From an uncultured Aliarcobacter sp. (GTDB taxonomy: Bacteria; Campylobacterota; Campylobacteria; Campylobacterales; Arcobacteraceae), in contig CBFHMY010000002.1 in NCBI GenBank assembly GCA_965657055.1, forward strand, positions 274 to 64,273: a stretch of 64,000 bases of DNA, read 5' to 3'. A model generated the notes under the pieces. The model saw nothing but the letters and a program-made list of their open reading frames with translations, ran no database searches and was not told where the DNA came from. Position 1 is the first letter of the stretch, and every line of letters begins with the position of its first letter. The position numbers and the translations under genes were made by a program. Positions 9,230 through 16,759 of the stretch are shown here, piece by piece.

Positions 9230-11221
9230 TTGAAATTATTAATTTTATTAATAATAACAGTAAATATATTTGCTCAAGAATTAACAAATAATATTAAATT
9301 AACGCAAGAAGAAGTAAATTATCTAAGCAATAAAAAAGAACTGAAATTATGTATTGGTCCTGATTCTATGCCCTTTGAAGATTTTAATAAAAATGGTGAA
9401 TATATTGGACTTACTTCTGATTATTATAAAATATTTTCTAAAAATTTAAACATTCCAATTACCGTTGTACCCGTTAAGACATGGAAAGAATCCCTAGAAT
9501 TAGCTAAAAACAGAACATGCGATATTATCTCTGCCATGCAAACAGAAGAAAGAAAAAAATTCTTAAATTTTACAAGCCCTTATTTAAAAACACCTGTGGT
9601 AATTGCTACAAATAATGAAAAAGCTTTTATCTCTGATTTTAAAGATTTAACTAATGAAAAAATAGGTGTACCTAAAAGCTATGCTTATGTTGAAGAATTA
9701 AAAAAAATCTATCCTAATATAAACTATGTTGAAGTTCCAACAATAAAAGATGGATTAAAAAAAGTTATAGATGGAGAGCTATATGGACAAGTGGGAACAC
9801 TTGCTAGTATTGGATATTTTTTTATAACTGATTTCGTGGGTTCACTTAAAATTGCAGGTAAAACTGACAAAGTAAATTTAGAATTAGGAATAGGAGTTAG
9901 AAATGACGATCCTATTCTTTTTGATATATTACAAAACCAAGTGCAAAACATTGATGAATCTTTTCATAACAAGGTACTAAACAACTGGATAAATATTAAA
10001 TACAATACTTCTATTGATTATAGTTTAGTTTATAAAATCTTATTTTTAATATTTATTTTGACTTGTTTTTTTATATATAAACAATTACTTTTAAACAAAT
10101 ATAATAAAAAATTAGTAAAAGATGTGGAAGAAAAAACAAAAGATTATAAAATGAAAAATGAGGAACTAATTAATTCAAATCAAAATTTCTTCGATTTATT
10201 AAATACGGCCATTGAGGCCATTGCAATATTTGATGAGAATAACACTCTTGTTAGATTAAACAACTCAGGAAGAGTTATGTTCAAACACTCTTTTGATAAA
10301 AAATCTGTAAGTAAAAAGTTATCTGATTTTATTCCACAAGATTTAATTTTTGAAGTAAATAATAAATTAAAAGATAAAATATCTGAGCCATTTGAAATAA
10401 ATCTTTTTAGGGGTGACAGAACTATTTTCCCAGCTTTAATTGCAGGGAAAACTATTTTAATAGAAAATAAAATTCATACTATTATGACTGTTGTAGATTT
10501 AACTCAGATTAAACTTCAAAATGAATTTATTCAACAACAATCAAAACTTGCCCAAATGGGTGAACTACTAAGTATGATTGCACATCAATGGAGACAGCCC
10601 TTAACTGCAATTAGTGCAGCAAGTGAAAACTTAAAATTAAAAACGATTTTAAATCAAGAAAATAAGCAATTAATACAAAATACCACTGAAGATATAAATA
10701 AATACACCACTTACCTAAGTAATACAATAAACGATTTTAAAAATTTTTATAAAACAAACAAGTTACTTGAAACAACAAATTTAAATGAAATGGCTAAAAA
10801 GTCTTTACATATTATTGAAGATTCTATTTCATATAAAAATATAAAAATTATTAAAAACTTTAATTCAATATCAGTAATTAAAACTTATATGAGCGAAGTA
10901 ACTCAAGTAATTTTAACTCTTTTACAAAATTCTGAAGATATTCTTTTAGAAAAACAAATAGAAAATCCATATATAAAAATTAGTACTTTTGAAGATGAGG
11001 GATATCTATATTTAGAAATAATTGACAATGGAGGTGGAATTCCCTCAGATATTCTAGATAAAATTTTCGACCCCTATTTTTCAACTAAACATGAAAAAAA
11101 TGGTACAGGATTGGGATTATATTTTGCAAAAAGCATTATAGAAAATAATTGCAATGCCTTATTAAGTGTAAAAAATAATGAAAATGAAGCCGTTTTTACA
11201 ATAAGATTTACTAGAGAATAA
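9230..11221 (+). CDS. sensor histidine kinase with periplasmic SBP_bac_3-type (amino-acid-binding-like) domain, TM, PAS, H-box and HATPase_c
   Basis: KLCIGPDSMPFEDFNKNGEYIGLTSDY...FTSPYLKTPVVIAT is a family-3 solute-binding pattern. The TM and the transmitter half are nearly identical to the upstream kinase. TTG start with AAAGGA SD. Confidence 0.85.
   Translation: MKLLILLIITVNIFAQELTNNIKLTQEEVNYLSNKKELKLCIGPDSMPFEDFNKNGEYIGLTSDYYKIFSKNLNIPITVVPVKTWKESLELAKNRTCDIISAMQTEERKKFLNFTSPYLKTPVVIATNNEKAFISDFKDLTNEKIGVPKSYAYVEELKKIYPNINYVEVPTIKDGLKKVIDGELYGQVGTLASIGYFFITDFVGSLKIAGKTDKVNLELGIGVRNDDPILFDILQNQVQNIDESFHNKVLNNWINIKYNTSIDYSLVYKILFLIFILTCFFIYKQLLLNKYNKKLVKDVEEKTKDYKMKNEELINSNQNFFDLLNTAIEAIAIFDENNTLVRLNNSGRVMFKHSFDKKSVSKKLSDFIPQDLIFEVNNKLKDKISEPFEINLFRGDRTIFPALIAGKTILIENKIHTIMTVVDLTQIKLQNEFIQQQSKLAQMGELLSMIAHQWRQPLTAISAASENLKLKTILNQENKQLIQNTTEDINKYTTYLSNTINDFKNFYKTNKLLETTNLNEMAKKSLHIIEDSISYKNIKIIKNFNSISVIKTYMSEVTQVILTLLQNSEDILLEKQIENPYIKISTFEDEGYLYLEIIDNGGGIPSDILDKIFDPYFSTKHEKNGTGLGLYFAKSIIENNCNALLSVKNNENEAVFTIRFTRE
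10085..11221 (+). repeat. copy 2 of duplicated PAS/transmitter module
   Basis: See copy 1. The boundary is approximate and begins at the membrane-proximal KYNKKL motif. Confidence 0.8.
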
Positions 11222-11300
11222 ATTTTTATTCTAATAAATTTATCAAATAAAAGTATTCCTTCGTTATAATTTGTTTTTAAAAATATAAATAAGGATAATT

Positions 11301-11810
11301 ATGGCAAAAATAGGAATATTAGTTGCAAGTTCAAATAACAATCAAAAATTAGGATTAAAACTTAAAGAGTTAGCATTAGGTCAAAATTGTGAAGTAGAAT
11401 TAATAAATTTAGTTGATTTAAGATTACCTCTTTATAGTACAGTTGAAGAGCAAGAAAATGGAATTCCTGAAACTGCATTAGATTTAGCTACAAAAATATT
11501 AGAATTAAAAGCTTTTATTATAGTTGCTCCTGAGTACAATGGAGTAATGCCTCCTGTTCTAAACAATGCAATGGCATGGACATCAAGAGCTACAAAAGAC
11601 TGGAGAGATGCTTTTAATGAAAAGATTGTAGGACTTGCTACTCATAGTGGTGGAGGTGGAGCAAAAGGTCTTCAAGCTATGAGAATTCAATTTCAACATT
11701 TAGGTGCAAATATTCTTGCAAGAGAAATTTTAACTACTTATGAAAAACCTTTAAACGAAGAAACTGCAATTGCTATGATTAATACACTTGCAAAACTTTC
11801 AGAAGCTTAA
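11301..11810 (+). CDS. NAD(P)H-dependent FMN reductase family oxidoreductase (flavodoxin-like fold)
   Basis: KIGILVASSNNN...IIVAPEYNGVMPPVLNNAMAWTS is typical of the FMN_red family. AAGGA SD. Confidence 0.7.
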   Translation: MAKIGILVASSNNNQKLGLKLKELALGQNCEVELINLVDLRLPLYSTVEEQENGIPETALDLATKILELKAFIIVAPEYNGVMPPVLNNAMAWTSRATKDWRDAFNEKIVGLATHSGGGGAKGLQAMRIQFQHLGANILAREILTTYEKPLNEETAIAMINTLAKLSEA

Positions 11811-11826
11811 GAGAAATCTTAAGCTT
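11803..11826 (+). terminator. hairpin terminator overlapping the stop of the FMN reductase gene
   Basis: AAGCTTAAG-AGAAAT-CTTAAGCTT stem, followed a few nt later by a T-run (CTATTTTTT). Confidence 0.55.
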
Positions 11827-11890
11827 TAAAATCTATTTTTTATACAATTCAAGTAACTTTTTTGTAATCAAGGTATGCTAAAATTTTCTT

Positions 11891-13267
11891 ATGAAAGAAA
11901 AAGTATATGTCCTTGACACAAATATCATCTTACAAAATCTTCAAAATCTCTACAAAATTTCAGACAATAAAACTAACCACATCGTAATACCTGAAACAGT
12001 TCTTCTTGAATTAGAGGATAAAAAGAAACTGACTAGTGAACTTGGGTATTATTCAAGAGAGTTTGCAAGACTACTAGCAAAGATGAAAATAAAAGAGGTT
12101 GATTATAAACTTGGCTTTAAAGTTGTGAAACTTTTTAATGATGAGATTAATATGGATATTATTTCAAAAGATAAATACGACACTGTAATTGAGCAAATAC
12201 ATATCTCTGAATCAAATGATAAAAGAATCATTGAAGTTGCTTCCATTGCCCAAGAATACTACAAAGGCTGCCAAACAATTTTTCTATCCCTTGATGTGTA
12301 TGCAAGGACCTTTGCACTATTTAAAAGCATCAAAACAGAAACCTTACATGATGATAAATCTACTGTTCCAAAATTTAATTTTGTAAAAAGTATTGAACTT
12401 GATTCTTCAATGTTTAATAGTTTAGAAAATAAAGATATTACTCTAATAAACAAAGAGCATGAAGCACAAAATTTTGCTTATAGTTTTGAAAGTAATGATG
12501 GTAATACAGAGTATGGAATTATCATAAATGGGAAAATAGATATTTTAAAAGAGAATGATTTTAAATCATTAAATGTAAAACCTGTAAATTTAAAACAAAA
12601 ACTATTTACAAAAGCAATATTATCAAATATGTATGAGCTATTAGTAATTGATGCAAAAGCAGGAAGTGGAAAAACTTTGATGTCTGTTGTGAGCGCCATG
12701 AGATTAATTGATTTAGGATTATATGATAAAATAGTTTATGTAAGAAACTCCATTGAATCCCTTGATAAGGGTGCTGATATTGGATATTTAGCAGGAAATG
12801 ATGAGAAGTTTAGAATATATAATATGGCTTTACAAGACACCTTAGAATTTATAGCAAAAAAACATCTTAAAAAGAGTGAAAATAAAGAAAATCAAGAATC
12901 AATTGAATCAAAAATTAGTGAGCTTCAATCAAAATATTGTATTGAAACATTATGGCCAGGGGAAGCTAGAGGAAGAACGCTAAGCAGCGCAATTGTAATT
13001 ATGGATGAATGGCAGAATTCTAGTGAAAAAACAACCCAATTAATACTTTCAAGATTAGATGAGAGCTGTATGGCTATTGTAATTGGATCAAATAGGCAAA
13101 TAGATAACTTATACTTGAATAAGTATAATAACGGCCTTACAACCCTCTTAAAACAAACAAATGAGATACATCCTGAACTTAAAATGTTTGCAATTGAATT
13201 AGAAAAAGCAGTTCGAGGTAAATTTGCTCAATTTACGGAGCGAATTTTTGAAAATAGAAAAGATTAA
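11891..13267 (+). CDS. PhoH2-type protein: N-terminal PIN domain fused to PhoH-like ATPase
   Basis: VYVLDTNIIL...SESNDKRIIEVA is PIN-like. Walker A is DAKAGSGKTLM. The IVIMDEWQN and GDxxQ-like region matches PhoH. Confidence 0.8.
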   Translation: MKEKVYVLDTNIILQNLQNLYKISDNKTNHIVIPETVLLELEDKKKLTSELGYYSREFARLLAKMKIKEVDYKLGFKVVKLFNDEINMDIISKDKYDTVIEQIHISESNDKRIIEVASIAQEYYKGCQTIFLSLDVYARTFALFKSIKTETLHDDKSTVPKFNFVKSIELDSSMFNSLENKDITLINKEHEAQNFAYSFESNDGNTEYGIIINGKIDILKENDFKSLNVKPVNLKQKLFTKAILSNMYELLVIDAKAGSGKTLMSVVSAMRLIDLGLYDKIVYVRNSIESLDKGADIGYLAGNDEKFRIYNMALQDTLEFIAKKHLKKSENKENQESIESKISELQSKYCIETLWPGEARGRTLSSAIVIMDEWQNSSEKTTQLILSRLDESCMAIVIGSNRQIDNLYLNKYNNGLTTLLKQTNEIHPELKMFAIELEKAVRGKFAQFTERIFENRKD

Positions 13268-13274
13268 AGTAGTT

Positions 13275-13304
13275 AAAAAATAGAACTAAAAAGTTCTATT
13301 TTTT
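13275..13304. terminator. bidirectional hairpin terminator between convergent genes
   Basis: Perfect 12-bp stem AAAAAATAGAAC / GTTCTATTTTTT with a 6-nt loop. The A-run and T-run give a U-tail on both strands. Confidence 0.8.
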
Positions 13305-13415
13305 AGAAGAACATTTTCCTTCTCCTCCACATCCACATCCACTTTTTCCAAATGTTTTTTTAAGAATAAAAAACAAAGCTAATAAAACAATAGCATATAT
13401 AAAATAATCTTCCAT
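13296..13415 (-). CDS. small (39 aa) Cys/Gly-rich single-TM protein, resembles the FeoB-associated Cys-rich membrane protein family
   Basis: Not in the ORF track because it is under 60 aa. My translation: MEDYFIYAIVLLALFFILKKTFGKSGCGCGGEGKCSSKK. GAGGA SD 5 nt before the ATG; the stop lies inside the bidirectional terminator. Confidence 0.5.
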   Translation of the reverse strand: MEDYFIYAIVLLALFFILKKTFGKSGCGCGGEGKCSSKK

Positions 13416-13573
13416 AATAATCCTCTATTTATTGATAATAATTATTAGTATGATATACTCTTTGTAATTAATAAGAAATAAATTCACATATTACTTAAAA
13501 ATTAAGCAGTAATAAAAACTAACAAAATTATAATATGTAATGATATAAAAGAAAATATTAAAAGGAAAATCAA

Positions 13574-15259
13574 ATACAAAATAGATTAATAAATGACACT
13601 ATATACAATCATATAGAGTACACAAAACTTGAAGACAAGATTTTACAAACTAAAATAGTAAATAGATTACAATTTATAACACAAAATGCCTTAGCATATT
13701 TTTCATATCCATCCATTACAACTAAAAGATTTATTCACTCTTTAGGAACTATGCACTTAGCTTCTTTTATGTTTAAAAATGCACTTTTAAATGCTGATAA
13801 AAAAACAAAAAACGATTTTTTATCTTCATTAAAAAAAGTAATAAAATCAATAATCAAAGAAGAAAATATAAAAGTTACTATTGATGATATGGAGTATTTT
13901 GATAATAAAGCTTTATACCAATTTACAATTCCTACAAAATCAAAGTCACAAAGAGCAACCTATGCTGTATTTCTTCAAACATTAAGAATAGTTGCCCTAC
14001 TTCACGATGTGGGACATTTGCCTTTTTCTCATCAAGTAGAATATGCCTTAAAAAAAGTATATAACAAAATAAAAGATAAAGAAAAAAATCAAGAATTACT
14101 TTGTGAAAAAGAGCTGAAATTTAAAGAAAACTATGAAAGTATTACTAATAATAGTAAAGAAGTATTACATGAAGCTATCGGAGAAAACTTATTAAAACTT
14201 CTTTTTGATTATGAGCTTGAAGAGTTACTTGTAAAGGCTCATGAAAAAGAGTATATAAGGCTTATTAAAAGATTATCAATTTTAATACTAGAAGAGCAAG
14301 TTTATGAAGATTTTGATTTCAAAGTTTTACATAATTTTATAGATAGTACAGTTGATGCTGATAGGCTTGATTATATAAACAGAGATATGCTTGCAAGTGG
14401 TTATATAACAGGCCCAAATGATCATATAAGAATTACCAAACAAGCTGTCCTTGTACAAAAAAATGAAAAATTTTATCTAAGTTTTTTTGATATGAGTTTA
14501 ATAGATATTGAACACATGTTGGAAATGAGGTTTAATTTATATAAAAAAGTAATATTTAATCATGGGATTGCAAAAACTGATACCTTACTTGAAAGTGTTG
14601 TTCAATATTTAGCTAATAAGTATTTTGAAAGTGCTGATATAAATGAGAAAATTTCAAATAATATCTCTATGTTATGGAATTTTAAAAATAAAGATAATGT
14701 AGAAAAAGAGCTTGATATTATTTCTATGCTTGATGAAAATTGGTTAATATCTTTGTTTAAAACAAAATATTTTGAAATAAAAGATAAAGAAAATCCAACA
14801 CAAGAAGATATAAAATATCAATACTGCTTTGAAGAGGTTTTATTTGGAAAAAGAAGATTTAGAAGTCCTTGGAAAAATTTAAATGAATTTTACAAAGTAT
14901 TAGATTTTACAACAGTTGAAAGATATAAATTTAGAGAAAGTTTTGGATATATTACTGATGTTAGAGCAAAAAAACTTCAGTTGGAATTAGATAAATTTAT
15001 CAAAAGATGGGAAGATAAAGAGAGTAATCTATATCTTTCTTATCAAATAGTTTCTTTTAAACTAGGAATTGCAAAAGAGTTCTATTTATATGATGGAGAA
15101 GAATTAATTAATCTTGATGAAATCTCAACTTTAAGAAAAAGATTAAAATACTCAATGAGAAATACTGTTCCTTTTTATTTATATTCAAATAAAAAATATA
15201 TAAATGAAGAGATGAAAATAGAGTTAAGAAATATATTATTTGACATTTTTGAGGAATGA
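13574..15259 (+). CDS. HD-domain phosphohydrolase of the SAMHD1/dGTPase-like (COG1078) type; start proposed at ATA 13574 (first ATG is 13751)
   Basis: Motifs LHDVGHLPFSH and DADRLDYINRD. The upstream in-frame stretch INDTIYNHIEY...NRLQFITQNALAYFSYPSITTKRFIHSLG matches the conserved family N-terminus, including the first metal-binding His. AAGGA SD 7 nt before the ATA. Confidence 0.65.
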   Translation: MQNRLINDTIYNHIEYTKLEDKILQTKIVNRLQFITQNALAYFSYPSITTKRFIHSLGTMHLASFMFKNALLNADKKTKNDFLSSLKKVIKSIIKEENIKVTIDDMEYFDNKALYQFTIPTKSKSQRATYAVFLQTLRIVALLHDVGHLPFSHQVEYALKKVYNKIKDKEKNQELLCEKELKFKENYESITNNSKEVLHEAIGENLLKLLFDYELEELLVKAHEKEYIRLIKRLSILILEEQVYEDFDFKVLHNFIDSTVDADRLDYINRDMLASGYITGPNDHIRITKQAVLVQKNEKFYLSFFDMSLIDIEHMLEMRFNLYKKVIFNHGIAKTDTLLESVVQYLANKYFESADINEKISNNISMLWNFKNKDNVEKELDIISMLDENWLISLFKTKYFEIKDKENPTQEDIKYQYCFEEVLFGKRRFRSPWKNLNEFYKVLDFTTVERYKFRESFGYITDVRAKKLQLELDKFIKRWEDKESNLYLSYQIVSFKLGIAKEFYLYDGEELINLDEISTLRKRLKYSMRNTVPFYLYSNKKYINEEMKIELRNILFDIFEE

Positions 15260-15310
15260 AACAAATAGTTATTTTGCTAAAATAAAAAATATCACTTCAA
15301 AGGATAAATT

Positions 15311-15949
15311 TTGGATTTAACAAGTTTAAGAGCAAGATACACAACAAAAGGTTTAGATATAAAAGATTTAAATCAAAATCCTTTTATGCAATTTGAAACA
15401 TGGTTTAATGAAGCTATAAATGCAAAGTTAACAGAGCCAAATGCTTTTTCTCTAGCAACTGTTGGAAGTGATATGATGCCTAGTATTAGAACTGTATTAT
15501 TAAAGATTTTCGATGAAAAAGGTTTTGTTTTTTTTACAAACTATAAAAGTACAAAAGCAAAACAAATTGAAGAAAATCCAAAAGCTGCAGCTTTATTTGC
15601 ATGGTTAGATTTAGAAAGACAAGTAAAGGTTGAAGGAAGTATAGAAAAAATTTCAAGTACTGAATCTTTGAAATATTTTTTATCACGTCCTAAGGGTAGC
15701 CAAATAGGTGCTTGGGTTTCCCACCAAAGTGAAGTTATAAGTTCAAGAAGTTTACTAGAGCAAAAATTTGATGAAATAAAAAGAAAATTTGTAAAAGGAG
15801 AAGTTCCTTTTCCTTCTTTTTGGGGTGGATATACAATAAAACCTATTAGAATAGAGTTTTGGCAAGGTGGACAAGATAGACTTCATGATAGATTTTTATA
15901 TGAATTACAAAAAGATAATACTTGGACTATTTCAAGACTTGCTCCATAA
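15311..15949 (+). CDS. pdxH: pyridoxamine 5'-phosphate oxidase
   Basis: PNAFSLATV...MPSIRTVLLK...FFTNYKSTKA...RIEFWQGGQDRLHDRFLY is the characteristic PdxH signature. TTG start with AAAGGA SD. Confidence 0.9.
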   Translation: MDLTSLRARYTTKGLDIKDLNQNPFMQFETWFNEAINAKLTEPNAFSLATVGSDMMPSIRTVLLKIFDEKGFVFFTNYKSTKAKQIEENPKAAALFAWLDLERQVKVEGSIEKISSTESLKYFLSRPKGSQIGAWVSHQSEVISSRSLLEQKFDEIKRKFVKGEVPFPSFWGGYTIKPIRIEFWQGGQDRLHDRFLYELQKDNTWTISRLAP

Positions 15950-16033
15950 AATAAATATTACAAAATGAAATTTATTTTTCTCTTTTGATAATTTTTAAGT
16001 AAAATAAACTTATAAAATATCAGGAGTTTTAAT

Positions 16034-16405
16034 ATGATATTAGGTAAATGTCCTTATTGTAAAGCAAATGTTATAGCTATAAAAAGTACAGCTAATGGTA
16101 AAAAAGTAAATTTATATACTTGTGAAAATGCAAAAAAAGAGTATGATGATAGTGAACAATTTGTTTTTACATCTGATTCAACTTGCACTTTTAGAGTATA
16201 TTCAAATGTGTTTTTAAGATGGAATAAACGAAGTTTTTCTAAATATGAAATGAAAAAACTTTTAGAAGATGAACAAGTAGTTATTAGACTTCATGGTAGA
16301 CGTGGTTCTAGTGAGTATTTTAAATATGTTATAACAGATAAAGAGTATGGGGTTTCTATTTTATGGGATGAAGAAGTAGAGAACGAGAAAGAAACTTTCT
16401 CGTAA
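16034..16405 (+). CDS. stand-alone zinc-ribbon protein resembling the C-terminal repeat of type IA topoisomerases
   Basis: GKCPYCKANV...YTCEN...CTFRVYSNVFLRWNKRSFSKYEMKKLLEDEQVVI..HGRRGSSEYFKYV follows the C..C / C..C-F-i-k...LL..g pattern of the topoisomerase C-terminal repeat. GGAG SD. Confidence 0.5.
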   Translation: MILGKCPYCKANVIAIKSTANGKKVNLYTCENAKKEYDDSEQFVFTSDSTCTFRVYSNVFLRWNKRSFSKYEMKKLLEDEQVVIRLHGRRGSSEYFKYVITDKEYGVSILWDEEVENEKETFS

Positions 16406-16411
16406 TAAATA

Positions 16412-16693
16412 TTAATCTCTTCTTGAAGTTGTTTCTAATAAATGGTAACCAAAGTCTGTTTTAACAGGACCATGAACTACGTTTATCTCTTCATTAAATA
16501 CTACTGCATCAAATTCAGGAACCATTTGACCTTGGAAAAAAGTTCCTAGATCTCCACCATTTGATCCTGAAGGACATGAAGAATATTCTTTTGCTATATC
16601 TTCAAATTTTTCACCATTTGATATTTTTTCTTTTAATTGTAAACATAACTCTTCACTATCAACTAATAAATGTCTAGCTGTTGCACTTTTCAT
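16412..16693 (-). CDS. ppiC: parvulin-type peptidyl-prolyl cis-trans isomerase C
   Basis: 93 aa. ARHLLV...CPSGSNGGDLGTF..GQMVPEFD..VF.....GPVKTDFGYHLL matches the PpiC/parvulin signature and size. Confidence 0.9.
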   Translation of the reverse strand: MKSATARHLLVDSEELCLQLKEKISNGEKFEDIAKEYSSCPSGSNGGDLGTFFQGQMVPEFDAVVFNEEINVVHGPVKTDFGYHLLETTSRRD

Positions 16694-16759
16694 AATTTTT
16701 CCTCGTATTGTATAAAATTTAGCCGGATTGTAGCATAAGCAGTTGTTTAAATTTCTTAA

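Noticed and set aside
13540-13760. First impression of a frameshift plus an early in-frame stop (pseudogene) at the 5' end of the HD phosphohydrolase gene.
   Set aside because: This arose from my own mis-indexing of the sequence blocks. Recounting base by base shows one continuous frame from 13562 into the listed ORF. The real anomaly is only the lack of a canonical start codon, which is reported as a finding.
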